This document shows positions 36,081-50,385 of a stretch of 64,000 nt of DNA, piece after piece. The stretch covers positions 2,170,001 to 2,234,000 of the forward strand of contig NC_087256.1 in NCBI RefSeq assembly GCF_037042905.1. The letters run 5' to 3'. The translations under genes were made by a program, and so were the position numbers. Within the stretch, counting starts at the first letter, position 1, and the number at the start of each line of letters is the position of its first letter. This DNA comes from Lytechinus pictus (taxonomy: Eukaryota). A model generated the notes under the pieces. It ran no database searches and had not been told where the DNA came from. It was given only the letters and a program-made list of their open reading frames with translations.

Positions 36081-36380
36081 AGGGTGATGTTTCATAAAGC
36101 TGTTTGTTAAGTTCAGCGTGAAGAGGAAAATGAGTAGCCAAGTGTACACGTCTGATTGAATTGATTCAAAACTAATAGTCACATTCTCTGAAGTTAAATG
36201 TACGGACAGATAATTAACAACTTATATAAAGTGCTGATGAGGATTTTCTGCAAAGTGTATAGTTTACTTTTGATGAAAAATTATATTAAAAAATTGGATC
36301 ATATTTTGGCAATTCATATTCGTGTTAACGTAAATGAGTCACTCATATCTCTGTGACCAACTTTATAACACAGCACCCTG
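36081..36380. mobile_element. Eroded palindromic MITE
   Basis: agggtgatgtttcataaag.. / ..ctttataacacagcaccct inverted termini. Confidence 0.5.
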
Positions 36381-37843
36381 GTTAAGTATCTTATGCTGTA
36401 TTTGAACGCAAGTTTATCCCTTCTCTCTTTTATATCACTCCCTCTTTTAATCCTCTCTCTTTTACTCCTCTATATCATGTTCAGCTCAATCCATTGCATA
36501 ATTTATTACATGCCACTCTAAAAGATATTACATTGACTGAAAACTTCAGGATAGCTTTTAAATGTAATACAAATGGGAATTTCATGCTCATTATGCTATC
36601 TATAAAAACAAAAGAGTTATTTGCTTCTTTACTCTCCTCATGAAAGCTCTATTCATGATAGCATCTGCCACATGAAGGCAATTTCCATCAATGTCATATC
36701 ACTGGGCAAACGCAATCTAATAGATAACCCTCATTACATATAAGGTGTTTTCATCTCATTCCTTTTCAGCTTTGATAACGAACATAGCTAGAGGCTGAAA
36801 GGATAACATGAACTCATGAATAAAAAATATCCATTATTTATGCATAAGGTCTTATCTCTCATATGACAATGACAACAAAGAATATATCTTGAAAACAATG
36901 GATGGGTAATTTTCAAAATGGATTTCGATGAATGTGCACCAATCTTTGTGAAGTGTACATGAGGGATTAGAATTATTCATACCCAGGCACTTCACATAAA
37001 TTTCCATTACCTTCATTTCATTACAATTTCCAATAGGAACATTTGCCAAGGATGTAGAAAATTAAAAGATAACCATTCAAGACATACACAGATCTGTACT
37101 AAACCCAGGTGAGGCAAATAAGTACCTTAGCAGGAATTAATTCCTTAAAATGATTGGGTACTGTAGCCGTAGGGCAACCAGGCTAAAGCAAGGGTAACAA
37201 TATCCAAATCCTTTGGAAGTGCATTGATATTATGTGTTACCTGCAACAGGAGCCGTTTCTTATTATCATTATGATTATTAAAAAATCCATGAAATGTCTT
37301 GAAATGTATATTAATGTCTTTGAAATGTATTTCATGACAGTCAAAGAATAAGAAAATAGAATGTGATAATGAACATAACAGCAAGTGTATGAACAAAATT
37401 TTTAATTGTATTTCCTTGATTTGTTTCAGCTTATTTGATGTTGATCATGTGTAACAAATCCATAGGATGACGCGATTTCAAATAAAAGCAGCATGATTAC
37501 CATACAAGGGCACTCATGGAGTACGCCTGGAAGTAAAGATTTTTATGTAAACCCCTCAAAGTAAAGTGCCTCTCGTCATAGTAGTGAAAAAAGCCCGACT
37601 CCTTTTAAATACCCACAACTGACAATAACAATAGCTCATCAAATCATTTTCTTATCAAAATCAAGATTCAAGCAACCCCTTGCAAATAAAGTAAATAAAA
37701 TACATATGGAAAATAAATGAATATTAAACCAAAACATAAATCAATGATTGATAAATATACAACAAAATAATAAATTCTACCCTAATGTCTCTATAAAAAT
37801 ACCAGGATTCAGATTGATATTTATAGGCTAACCATGTCACTAT

Positions 37844-38193
37844 GGTTTATTTCCAATTCGTCTTATGCAGCCAACTGGTCAACTATCATTTGGTCTACCA
37901 GCAGTTCTTCCACTCACCACATGGTCTAATAACAAGTTGGTCCAATAGCCATTTAGTCCATTTGGTCTAATTGGACTAAGTGTTAAATTGTGCAAAATGA
38001 ATGAAAATGAATGAAAATGAAATGGATATTAGACCAACTAGTTATGAGACGAAATGGTCATAGACGAAATGGTGATTAGACGAAGTGGTGATTGGACCAA
38101 ATGGTTGTTGATGGACGGAATGGCATTAGACTAAATGAAGGTAGACCATGTGGTGAGTGGACGAGTTGGCAGTAGACGAACTGGCAATTTACC
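37844..38193. mobile_element. Second Merlin-like MITE copy
   Basis: Collinear with 27940-28354; target duplication not preserved. Confidence 0.75.
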
Positions 38194-39012
38194 CTCCCTG
38201 AACTAACTCATTGCCTGGCCGAACTGCTATCACATCGAAATTATAGCTGAAGGCCGGCCAAAAGGAAATTGATGAGAATGGGGCATAACATGATCATTCA
38301 ATCATGACACTGATGAATGAAAAAGGGAAGTCAGGTAGATATACACTGGACTATGGACAAGCAACATAAGTTGGCCATACTATACAGGCTCCAGGTCAAG
38401 GCCATAGTGGTGTATAGAGTCAAAACTAATTAACTAGATTAAGCTGTAAAATAACAGAGATCATCACTTCCATGTTTTATACTTTACTTAGACCCCCTGC
38501 AGTGTTTCATTTTTATTACCAATATACTAAGTACACTCTCATAATAACTGACAGCAGCACAACTGATAGAGGGCATCAAAGTTGCTATTATGGTTGCTAA
38601 AGTAGTATCCAATGGTAACTACCATGGTAACAATGCTCAGCAGCCAATAACAAGGCATAAGCAACTTTGTGTCTCGACCACTTATGAAAATAACCAGAAA
38701 TATTGTGAAATGACTGGGATGGAATAACACTTGTCATAAGTGTCTTGAACGTAAACTTGAAGGTCAACCTCAAAATGAACTTTTTCTTTTTGGGACTTTT
38801 TGGGGGGGCTGACCGCCCCCGACCCCCCCCCCAACCAGCCCCCCACCCCCCGCTATTCGCCTGCCAATGCTGGAGTCACAGCATTGGAGCTCCCTCAGGC
38901 TGATACTGGCTAACAGTTATTGTAACTATAAACCTTTTTCTATTCATGGCAAACTTGTAATTTGTTTGGTTATTGTAGTTAATTTTTAAACTTAGAACAA
39001 ATTCTTCAAACT

Positions 39013-39893
39013 AAACAAGTGGAACGCCTCTGGCAGTCTCGCCTGCATTGCGCGATTTGATATATACCAGCAGTGCTGACTTTGAAAACAGCTATTAAAT
39101 AATCATTCATAAAAGAAAACACTCATATGACAAGAAAATACTATGTCCATTTACCCAACATGACCTTTGACCATGACCATGTGACCTCAGACATGTGCAA
39201 AACAACTTGATTAAGCTTATGTCTATGTTTCATGAACTACATAGATCCATAAACTTTCTAAGTTATGATGCCAATTCAACAAATACCCCCAACATGGCCA
39301 AAGTTCATTGACCCTAAATGACCTTTGATTTTGGTCATGTGACCTGAAACACACACAAAATATTCAGGGATAAATGGTTACTCTTATGTGCCAAGTTTCT
39401 ATGAACTAGATCTTTAAACTATTAAAGTTATGATGACAATTCCACAAATACCCCCAACATGGTCAAAGTTCGTTGACCCTAAGTGACCTTTGACCTTGGT
39501 CATGTGACCTGAAACTTAGGCAGGATCTTCAATGATACACTATCACCCTTATGTCCAAGTTTCATGAACTACGTCCATATACTTTCGAAGTCATGACGAC
39601 ATTTCAAAAACATAACCTTGGTTAAGATTTCGATATTGATTCCCCCAACATGGTCTAAGTTCATTGACCCTAAATGACCTTTGACCTTGGTCATGTGACC
39701 TGAAACTCAGGCAGGATGTTTAGTAATACTTGATTACTCTTATGTACAAGTTTCATGAACTAGGTCCATATACTTTCTAAGTTATGATGACATTTCAAAA
39801 ACTTAACCCTGGTTAAGATTTCAATGTTGACGACGCCGCCGCCATCGGAAAAGTGGCGCCTATAGTCTCACTCTGCTATGCAGACGAGACAAA
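39013..39893 (+). mobile_element. Helentron/DINE-like non-autonomous rolling-circle element (family H1) with internal tandem repeats
   Basis: Starts aaacaagtggaacgcc; sub-terminal inverted repeat gtctcgcctgcat / atgcagacgagac; terminal hairpin; central repeats with tgacctttgaccttggtcatgtgacctgaaac; A-run insertion site without a TSD. Confidence 0.8.
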
Positions 39894-42229
39894 AATTAAG
39901 GAAAGCAGATTTTGTAAATTCTTTCATTGTTATTTCAACAAAAAATTATTTTTGCACCTATGAAACTCTCATATTTGTCAGTTTCTAGTGTCCAACCATC
40001 AAATGGCCATTCATGCATGATTGAATTACATGAGAAAGTAAACAGAGATTATGCAATGCTACCTTATACATGTGTAATCAAGTCATTTATGGACATTACT
40101 GGTAACATTTACGATATTAGGAAGTGACATTTTTATGATGAAACATGGCGTTTACATCACAGGTTATAATAATTAATTTCCTTGTTTCCTATAATGAAAT
40201 AAGTTTCTATATCACAGCGTCAGACTCAGATATGTATCCTGTATGTAAAAGAGTGCCTTCCATCTTCTTTGGAAATGACATTGTTTTACATCATAGAAAC
40301 AGATTAAAGTGACTGATGTAACGTGGATACTATTTAATTACATTCGAATTTGAAGGCGATGCAGGTGTGATGGATGTTAATTCCTAAGAGTACGAAGAAA
40401 CAAAGCGAAATATATTTACCTTTAAATTCATCAGCATAATAGAAGAACAGCTTTGGCACATTAAATTTGGTGGACATCTGCATAAGATACAAACAGAGTA
40501 GAAATGATGAATAAAATAGTACTTGAAACTGATTACTGCCATAGAACCAGTAATATAATTATAATGTCCTCCTAGCCCTGAAAATTAATATAGGCCTATA
40601 TGATTCTCTGATAAGTCCATAGTTCTAGAGGAGCAATAGACCACTTTGAAGTTCCAGAGTACCAGGTATTCTCTAATATTGAATTTGCCTCCGATCATGA
40701 AACAATTTTGCCAATGTCAAAGCAAAAACTTGTAATATTCCTGAGACAAAATACCTGTTAAATAGTAGGTATGTGTCAAAATTAATTACGAGAACTTTCT
40801 CAACCCAGCGAGTAGTTGGATGAGGGCGTTGTGGCTGCTGATGCCTTGCCTGCTAATCAGACCTACTGTGCATGCTTATAACTTCAAGAACTTACCCTGA
40901 AAGGGCTTTTTTTAGCATTTATATTAGGTCAATATGAAGGTGGAAAATAATTATTTTACGGTATTACAGTGATCAAGTCAGTCTGAATTCACTATTAACA
41001 GTTATATATAAAAAAATAACATAATCTCCTTAAACCACACTAAAAACCAACACATAATCAAATACAAACACAAACGGATTTGTAATACCACTACATGGTT
41101 TATCCTCACTGGGGTTTAAAGGAACCACAATATAAATAATAGGAGACCATCAAAAGATCATGGAATAGTAGTTAACCAGTAGGTCCTTGAAATATTCACA
41201 TACATGTACATGACAAACATGCTGGTACCTTGTTTTCTATTGAACTCAATAACAAGAATGTAATAGGAGAAAGTAAATCTTATCACACATTTGATATCAA
41301 AATCACTTAATAACAGAGACGTACTTGACCACGACTAGTGGGGAATTTCAGGAAAGATAGAAAAGGGCAAGGCCAGGAATTGAATTAATTTTTAATGAAT
41401 AGAAAATGATGAAAATCAATCCATTAGGACATGCTTTGTGGATATGGAAAAGAAATGTAGATAAAAAAACAAAAAAACAAAACAATCGGTATGCACATGG
41501 TCATTAAGAGTTTCATGAGTGAAACAAAAAAGTGTAGTCTCAAAGCAGAGAAATATCTGGTGTTATCTACCTACTGAGATGATTCTAGAATCAATTTCAC
41601 AATTGAACCATATTAAACAACAAATTCTATTATTTGCATTCTGATTTAGGGGGCTGAAATATGAAATGCTATTATCATCTCCACATTCATATCCAATTTC
41701 TTCATCTTAATTCATAAATGAAACCTTTACTTGACTTAACCACAATAGGCTCTCAAATTAAAAAGTCAAACTTTCCTAACAACTCTATTTTTTAGCAATT
41801 TTAAGCAAGTCTGTACACTTCAAAATAGAATATTTCTAGATAGACAGTGCCTTGAAAATGACTATTATAATACAATTCAAATATGAAATCCAATTTCTGG
41901 CCATGAAACAAATTTAACAACAATGTATCCAAATTGAATAGAGCAACTGCAGATTGGGGTACATATTATTGGAATCACTAAAATTATAAAAATTTACTCT
42001 ATTCTCCACTGCACACAATAAATGTATGTATGGGACTACTCTCAGAAAGAATGTTTACTTAAGCTGCTTGAACCTCACATTTAATAACATTGAACTGTTA
42101 TCTTGCATTCACATAAAATTTTGTGACTGTGAATTCATTAAATGTATGAAATTTGGAAGAAACTTTGATTTTCATTTCATTTATTACCAGAAAAAGAAAC
42201 AATCTCTGTTTACTCCTCTCTAACTGTCC

Positions 42230-42870
42230 ACTTACCACACAATCACTTATTTCCTCCCCAACACATGCACTCTCACACACAAACACATACCCCACCACCA
42301 AATCCCCCATCAACACACTCCCGTACTTATATAGTGATGACCATACACACACTCCCTTCTGTATATCCCACACTCACACCCACAATCTCAAACACATACG
42401 CATAACCCACCACCCAACATCACAGTTACATACTAACACAATGATGACCATACATACACTCCCTTCGATAACTCCCACACCCACACTCTCACACACATAC
42501 CCTCTCCACTCACTCACCTATCACACACTCACATACTTACACAATGATGACCATATACACACTCCCTTCTATATCTCCCATCAATATCTCCCACACACAC
42601 ACATACCCTCTCCACTCACTCACCCATCACACTCTCACATACTTACACAATAAACCATGCACACACTCCCTTCTATAACTCCCACACCCACACTTACACA
42701 CACACATACCCTCTCCACTCACTCACCCATCAACACACTCACATACTTACACAATGATGACCATGCACAAACTCCCTTCCGTATCTCCCACACTCACACA
42801 CAATTCATATGTCACCACTTACCCAACAACACACTCACGTAGGATTATGAACACATACACTCCCTTCTGT
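42230..42870. repeat. CA-rich complex minisatellite
   Basis: Recurrent unit acaatgatgaccatacacactcccttc..actcccacacccacac..cctctccactcactcacc; explains the His/Thr/Pro-rich pseudo-ORFs. Confidence 0.85.
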
Positions 42871-43824
42871 ATATAGCAATTATATACCAATGACATGAAA
42901 GTATATATCTTCATACTTATGCAACACTCTCTTATCTCCCTGTGTGTTCCTTTCCACCCCTACTATTAATATTGCCCACATCATACCCGCTATCTTGTAA
43001 CACTATGCACTATTTCACAAGTAGTGAGCTTCCCATGGGGCGGGTGATATACTCATATGACATGAACATAATGCATCACTTGAAATGTTCTACCTCATGA
43101 ATAAAAGTTGCAGGCCAACTTAACCAACTATAGCTTCATGGAATCTTTTTCGGTACTCTTCAATTAACGTACTGAATTTCTCTCTTTCTTGTCATAATTT
43201 TCCAACTACTAGTAGTAAATTCACCCCAGGCCCAAGTTGTCATTGAACAGCAGATTGTGATCGGAAGACTGTTCACTGATAGTGAAACATGAACAGTGCA
43301 ATACTTGCCTGAGTTGTGAAAGTAATCAATAAAAAGAAAGGTTCAATAGAAGAAGACTGAGATATTATGCAACAGGAAAATGGCTTACTTTAACGTTGGC
43401 CTGAAATGGCGAACATGGCAAAAATTAGTGTTACTCCCAAAGCAACAAAGCAAATCTTTGCAACTAAACATAATCCAGTAGATATATAACCACCAGTGTT
43501 TGTGTTCTGCATTTTGTAATTGAGTTTTCAGTCATGATTCATGTTGCTGTTTAAATTTGAAACTCAACATTGAACACACCCTAAGGCTCTGCTATCTCAA
43601 AATGACTGAAACTCACTATATCCTGTTCCGAAGTCTGATTCTGCAAACATCACAATTGTAAATTTAGACAATAAATATCCCAATACTGGCCAGATGATAC
43701 GCTGAAGATATCAGAAGATAGAGAAACTTTGTTTCACTATTTTGGGACATTCAAGCGATCATTGTCATCAAATGCCAGCACTGACTTGAGAGCATCAATC
43801 GTGTGTAATTCCATCATTAGTTAA

Positions 43825-44412
43825 AGGGGAATCCTACCCAAATAAAAACCTGTTTTTGTGAGGAAAAGAAAAATCAGACAAGGTGATAGGTGGAAATTTG
43901 AACAATATTTTACAAACAACAAGAAAGTTATTGATCTTTAAAAGTTGTAAATATTGGTGATCACTATATCCATGGAGACTTCAAATTGGCCGCATGTGTG
44001 ATGTCATAGTGATGTAAGGCAAGGACTACTCTTCCATGTACTCCAATACATATTCTTGCTAAAATGTAATTTTTCCCAAAAGTTTTATTTCAAATTATAT
44101 TTTTCTTTCATGAGGACATAAAACAATATACTACCTGGGTTATATTTAGATTACTGCTCCAGGGGAATGGGTACTTAGGAGAAAACCACAAATCCCTGAT
44201 AATAAAGTACATGGCCTGTGGGAAGGTTGTCCTTGCCCTTGTCATAATTTACTTACCCAGTTGCCAATTTGAAATCTACATAGTATTAGTGATCTCAATT
44301 TTAAAGCAGCTATAACTTTCTTATTGCTTGTCCGATTTCTTTCAAACTTTCACCATTCTGTTTAATTTATTTTTCTTCTTCCCAACACAACATTTTAAGG
44401 CTGGATTCCCCT
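43825..44412. mobile_element. Kolobok-like MITE family B
   Basis: TTAA|AGGGGAATCC..GGATTCCCCT|TTAA with subterminal inverted similarity (caagaaagttat / ataactttctt). Confidence 0.85.
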
Positions 44413-45230
44413 TTAATAGTAGAGAGTATAGAGCTACAAATTTGAAATGCAAGCAAAGTAGGACCCATTCATGGTTGCATCCCTATTTGTGGAGTCTAAT
44501 CTCTTTCACACTCAACCATCTCTACAACATCGAGCCTGCTATGTTCATTGCCGTGCTGACTGACGCTGCCAATTTGATTGACCTGATTTAAGTCATCGTC
44601 ATTATGACTGAACAGCGGCAGCAGCAGCAAGTTCGCTGACCTTGGCGTAGGTAGAGCAAACTGAAAGATTTTGGCCAGTGGACATGAGACTTGAGAGATG
44701 CTGTCCCCATTTAGTACCCCATTCTTCGTAGAAAGTAACCTGATGCTAAATCCCTACAGCCCGTCACATTAGAAATTCAGCTCCAAACAGTCCTGCGGTT
44801 TAGAACTAATCGATATGGAATACTTCAGAGCAGTGACCATACAGACCTTGTAATACAAATTCTTAAATTGGACATACAAATCTTTGAAGACTTTATCTAT
44901 AGATGGTAACTTAAAATTTATTTATCATTAATTTATACTATTAAATAGTGCTCCATATGAATTCTATTATAATATGAGACAGAAGATTGACAACCAATAA
45001 AACTTACCTTTTTTCCACCGATAATATCAATAATCTGTTTTTCTTGAACTGATTGTCATAGTTATTGTATATTCCTTATTGAACGCACTATGGTAGTTTT
45101 TTGTTATCTTATTATTATCATCATCATCATTATTAAAAAGTAAAAAGAACTTGATGAGTATTGAATTGGATTAAGAGATTTCAGAAAATTCATTTTAAAG
45201 GACATCTCCAGTGTAAACTAGTTACTTTAA

Positions 45231-45813
45231 AGGAGAATGAAACTCTTGGAGCAAGTTAGCTTTTGTGAAAGCAGAAAAATCAAAGAATAAGATCAACAAA
45301 ACTTTGAGAAAAATAGGACTAGCAATAAAAGAGTTATGAGCATTTGAATGTCGAGATCACTAATGCTATGGAGATCCTCCCATTGGCAATGCGACCAAGA
45401 TCTGTGATGTCACACACGTACAACTCTCCCATTTGGACACTGAAAATATACCCCAAAACATCTCTTTTTGCTCATTCTAATCATATGACAAACGATTCAT
45501 CAATGATATAATGTTGTGAAACCTCTGTACTTGTCATCTCATAAAGAGAACACCTCACCTTGTGATAGACTCTATAAAAGTGAGAATATAAGTGAAATAA
45601 GTACTAAAGTAATGAGGGAGTTGTACGTGTGTGATATCACAGATCTTGGTCGCATTGCCGTTGGGAGGATCTACATGGCACTAGTGATCTCAATATTCGA
45701 ATGCTCATAACTTTCTTATTATTCATTCAATCTTCCTCAAACTTTCAACAATATGTTTCTTTGATTTTTCTCTTTGATATGGATTCAGCTGGTTTCAAGG
45801 GTTTCATTCTCCT
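45231..45813. mobile_element. Kolobok-like MITE family C with ~200-bp inverted arms
   Basis: TTAA|AGGAGAATGAAAC..GTTTCATTCTCCT|TTAA; internal arms ggcaatgcgaccaagatctgtgatgtcacacacgtacaactc / gagttgtacgtgtgtgatatcacagatcttggtcgcattgcc. Confidence 0.88.
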
Positions 45814-46974
45814 TTAAGGGACAAATTGAATAATGTTGTGAAAACTAAGTGTCCAGTTATTTGCATAATATGTCAACATATGGGCCCTGTGGATTGTACA
45901 AAATTACCTAATATTCCATGGTTTGCTAAAATTTTTAATCTATTAGTAAATGTACGCATATAATTGTCAATTTCCCCTAATATGAAACATCATTTATAGA
46001 ATATATGCTTGCCTCTCAGAGCAGGTTTTGCAGTATTCAGGAAAAGATATCTGAAATTATTTTTTAAGTAAGTCGGACTGGTGTGAAACTACCCATTAAT
46101 GCAATAACTGCCTTGTTAGCATGGATCTAATTTTTTAAGGTCAATAGTTTTTAATTTGCCAATTGTGAAAGGTGTCTCAATTTATGTTTATAGCTGTCCT
46201 GAACATGAACTTAATTCTCCAGGTCACTTATCACTTTGAAATTCAAGAACACCTCTTCTACACTAAAAAAATAAAACAAAATATATTTAGGCCTATCCAT
46301 CAAAAAATAAAATCACAGTTTTCAATTATATTACCCAAAATCATGTATCTTACTTCCTGCGACACTTTCACTTTTTTAATGGTGATTAAAACAGAGGCAA
46401 CATCACATTTACCATGCCTTCAAATTCAGAAACGTTATGATTTATGAGTCTGAACGCTTTCTTTGTAACCTGCCTGCAGATATCCCTAAGACAGAAAATA
46501 ATAGTCAAATGACAAGAGCACTTCACACTGTCCATCACTCACTTACAGCTCAACTGACCATGTACATAACCAATGCGCAGAAAAGTGGAGCCTGTAGGAT
46601 TAACGTTTGACTGAAAATAGCGCAAAGAGGCTTTGACAATAAACCTGACTAATCGATACTATATATACATTTTTTAGAAAAGCTGAAAAAACATAAAAAA
46701 ATGACTTGTACATAACTACTGAACAGAATAATGTAGAAGACGTCAAGAAAAAATATTACAAAATATTAGCAAAGGTTTGAAGAAAATCGATTAAGAATCA
46801 AAGAGTTATTATAATTGGACTTTTTTGGTTTGTGATGTCATATGCAAGCAGCTTTCCTACATAGATTTGTTAAAAAATCAATCAAATGACATTGTCTCAG
46901 AAAATTGAAAATGGTTTATATTGTTACTTCAGTACATCATTAGACAAGTAATTTTACACCTACACCTGAAAGAA

Positions 46975-48330
46975 AAACAAGTGGAATGCCTCATACCCTT
47001 TTCATAAACCCAATAAAACCTATCCTCCAATTAGCCGCCTAAGAGTAATGCGAATAATTCAATAAAAATTGCGTTCACAAACTCCGTAAATTATCCGCAT
47101 TATTTTTACGAGCGCCCGTCCTGAAAAAGGCGAATAATCGTCATGACAACTGGACACGCCCCCTCCGATGCGGTTGTGTTGGAAAAGGGTGACCTTGTGA
47201 CCGCACCATGGCAATTATCCGCATTATTTGGAAATACGTTCATAAACTCAAAATCTTGTCCCGATGCCGCTATTATGCGGATAATAGCAGCATCAGAATA
47301 ATGCGGATAACTCTTGTCCTCCTCTGATTTTACGACCAAATTATGCTGCTATTAGCCGCATAATTGGGTTTTATTGGGTTTATGAAAGGGGTATCAGGCA
47401 GTCTTGCCTGCATTACATTATTCCATATAGCAATAGTGCTGACTTTGAAAACAGCTATTTAATAATAATTCACAAAAGAAACACTGATATGATATCAAAA
47501 TACTATGTCCATGGACCCAACATGACCTTTGACCATAAACATGAGCAGAACATACTTGATAACCCTTATGTTTATGTTTCAATTACATGAGTAGATCCAT
47601 ATACTTTCTAAGTCATGATGCCAATTCAACACATACCCACAACACGGCAACATTGAACTTAAATGACCTTTGATCTTGGTCATGTGACCTGAAACACACT
47701 TAATTCAGGGATACATGGTTTCTCTTATGTCCAAGTTTCATGAACTAGATCCATAAACTTTTGAAGTTATGATGACAATTCCACAAATATCCCAAACATT
47801 ATGAAAGTTTGTTGACCCTAAATGACCTTTGACCTTGATCATGTGACCTGAAACTCACACAGGATGTTCGGTGATACTTGCTCTTATGTCTTAGTTTCAC
47901 AAACTAGATCCATAAATTTTTCAAAGTTATGACAATTCACGAATACTTCAACACGGTCAAAGTTTGTTGACCCTAAAAGACCTTTAACATTGGTCATGTG
48001 ACCTGAAACTTAAGCAGGTTCTTTAGTGATACATTATTACCCGTATGTCTAAGTTTCATGTACTAGGTCCACATACTTTCTAAGTAATGACAACATTTCA
48101 AAAACTTAACCTTGGTTAAGATTTCGATATTGATTCCCCCAAACATGGTCTAAGTTCTTTGACCTAGGTTATGTGACCTGAAACTAAGGCAGGATGTTCA
48201 GTCATACTTGATTACCCTTATGTCCAAGTTTCATGAACTAGGTTCATATACTTTTTAAGTTATGATGACATTTCTAAAACTTAACCTTGGTTAAGATTTC
48301 AATGTTGATGACCCTGCCGCCGCTGTCGGA
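46975..48330 (+). mobile_element. Helentron/DINE-like family H1 copy, interrupted near its start and lacking the terminal hairpin
   Basis: aaacaagtggaatgcctca|..|ggcagtcttgcctgcat rejoins to the H1 start; same internal repeats. Confidence 0.8.
46994..47393. mobile_element. Young Harbinger-like MITE
   Basis: TIRs TACCC(T/C)TTTCATAAACCCAATAAAACC, 3-bp duplication TCA (46991-46993, 47394-47396), CpGs still abundant. Confidence 0.88.
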
Positions 48331-48863
48331 CTGCTCGTTTACATGTATGACATCACAATTCAAAAATTTAAAATGCTAATAATTTTAATACTTGATGAAT
48401 TTTCACCAATATTTGTTATTATTTTCTGCCATTTTTACAAGAAACTTTTCCTCAGGGTGAACTTCCACTTTAAGTCTTCACCCTTAAATTGATTGAGTAA
48501 TTGCTGGGGACTTTGACAAAGACAAGACAAAATGTACAAGATACCAAGACAACAAGAATGTTTTCAACTCACATTTTTTGTACTCGTACAACTATATCAC
48601 AGATTCTTTTTTCATAACAAGCAATGGACAAGTCATAAACGTTATCTTTGATGAAAACCCACATGACAACATTGTAAAGTGTCAGTGGCCAATTATATTC
48701 AAAGTTGCAATGGTAATGAGCATCTATCTCAGTCTGGTAAGTTTTGAAAAGCAGAGCTCAAAAACTTCGGAAGTTAACGTCAATTATCACTCATGGTTAA
48801 TTTTGAAAAGCCAGGCTTCTAAGACGACATCATCTCATTGTCTGAATTAATTGAATCTGGCCC

Positions 48864-50385
48864 TATCGCGCTATCGGGAAGGACCCGACCAATCGCTTCT
48901 CCCGCAAGCTTTCTACTATTCTTCGCGGCTTCCACAAGAATGGTGATATTGATGCTTCTACCTTCCGTAAGTTAAAACCATCGCAGAAACAACCGCCTAG
49001 GATTAACAGACTCCCTAAGATCCATAAAGCCTACATCCCGCTCCGTCCGATTGTATCATGGGTGAGTTCTTTTGCTTACAATGCGGTCGTAAGTATCTCG
49101 CTGACATTCTTGCTCCCTTAGTCGTTTCCAATGGACATGCTGTCAATAACTCCGCATTGTTTGTTGATTTCCTGCGAATTGAGACCATACAGGATCATGA
49201 GGTTATGGTCTCATTTGATTACCAATGTTCCATTGACGCCGCTTGCAAGGTCGCACTTAGCAGGCTTGAGCGCAAACAGTTATCTCCGGCCAAGGTGACT
49301 GAGCTTTTGAGTTTTGTTTTGCTTATTTCATGTTTACCGGCAATATCTATGAACAGCACGAAGGAGCGGTCATGGGCAGCCCAATTTTCCGCTGTGATCG
49401 CCAACTTGTTCATGGAGGCCTTTGAGGAATGCGTGCTGAAGGCCTGCCCGCCCAACTGCGCCCCTACAGTTTGGAAATGATATGAAGATGATACGTTCAT
49501 TATTACGCACAGATTCGCCGCAGATGACCTTTTGAGTCACATGAATACGCAACAGCCGTTCATCCATTTAACCATGGAGATGGAAAGCAAGAGGAGAGCT
49601 CCTTCTGAACAGCATGCACAATTTAAGTCCGCTATAGTGATCCTGTTTGTTGATGGTATCGTGCATCTTCTCCGCCAGCGCTTGGAGAAGCATGGTATCC
49701 GAGTTATATTTAAGTGCAATAGTATCCGCAGCCAGCTGGTCCGTCCAAAAGACCACCCGTTCCCCAACAGACGCGATGGGGTTGTTTATGAGATCCCTTG
49801 CTCGACCTGCGACAAAGTCTACATCGGTGAGACTGGTAGACCTTTGGAGAATGCATGAAGGAACATCGCCGTGATGTTCGGCTTAGGCGCACCAATAGCT
49901 CTGCTATTGCAGAACATGCTTGTAAGTCCGATCATCGATCCACCTAACTGGGATGAGGTCAGCTGCATCGATAGAGACAAGCATTGGTATACGCGGCGCA
50001 TTAAGGAAGCGATTTGGATCCGTTTGCAACCGCGCAATATTAACAGGGACAACGGCATTGGGATCCGTGATGAATGGTTACCAACCATCCGATGGCAAAC
50101 AACATCCACCGATCACAGCGCGTGGCCCCCGTACCAGCAGGTGCCTGACACCAGCGCGAGCACTGATTGGCTGGCAGCATCGCCCAATCACAGCGCGGCT
50201 CACACCTGAATGGAACAAGACATTAGCGTGCAGCCGGGCGCATCAGCACCTCGCCGACGCTAGAAACCCATGCACAGCAGCGTCTTTGTTCATTGCCTGT
50301 CTATCAGCTTGCGGATGAAACGTCGCTCTCCAACAACGTTTGATCCATCGTGAGACAACCAATTATTTCTTCTTTTCTCTTCAAT
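48864..50385 (+). mobile_element. Decayed, 5'-truncated Penelope-like retroelement (RT + GIY-YIG endonuclease)
   Basis: Motifs KDPT, LPKIHKAYIPLRPIVS, MGSPI, VIANLFMEAFEE, WK*YEDDTF, GVVYEIPCSTCDKVYIGETGR, SAIAEH, RRIKEAIWI..NINRDNG across frames, with stops and deletions. Confidence 0.93.

Larger units (their letters stand above)
46740..48473. mobile_element. Eroded Kolobok-like host element containing nested insertions
   Basis: ttgtgatgtcatatgcaagcagc (~46830) is inverted relative to gctcgtttacatgtatgacatcacaa (~48333); right end gggtgaacttccactttaa. Left end uncertain. Confidence 0.55.

Noticed and set aside
42153-42842. His/Thr/Pro-rich ORFs (also 22906-23318)
   Set aside because: Translations of CA/GT-rich simple repeats.
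45002-45010. Perfect minus-strand donor AAG|GTAAGT
   Set aside because: No supporting acceptor or promoter could be identified; single consensus hits are expected by chance in 43 kb.
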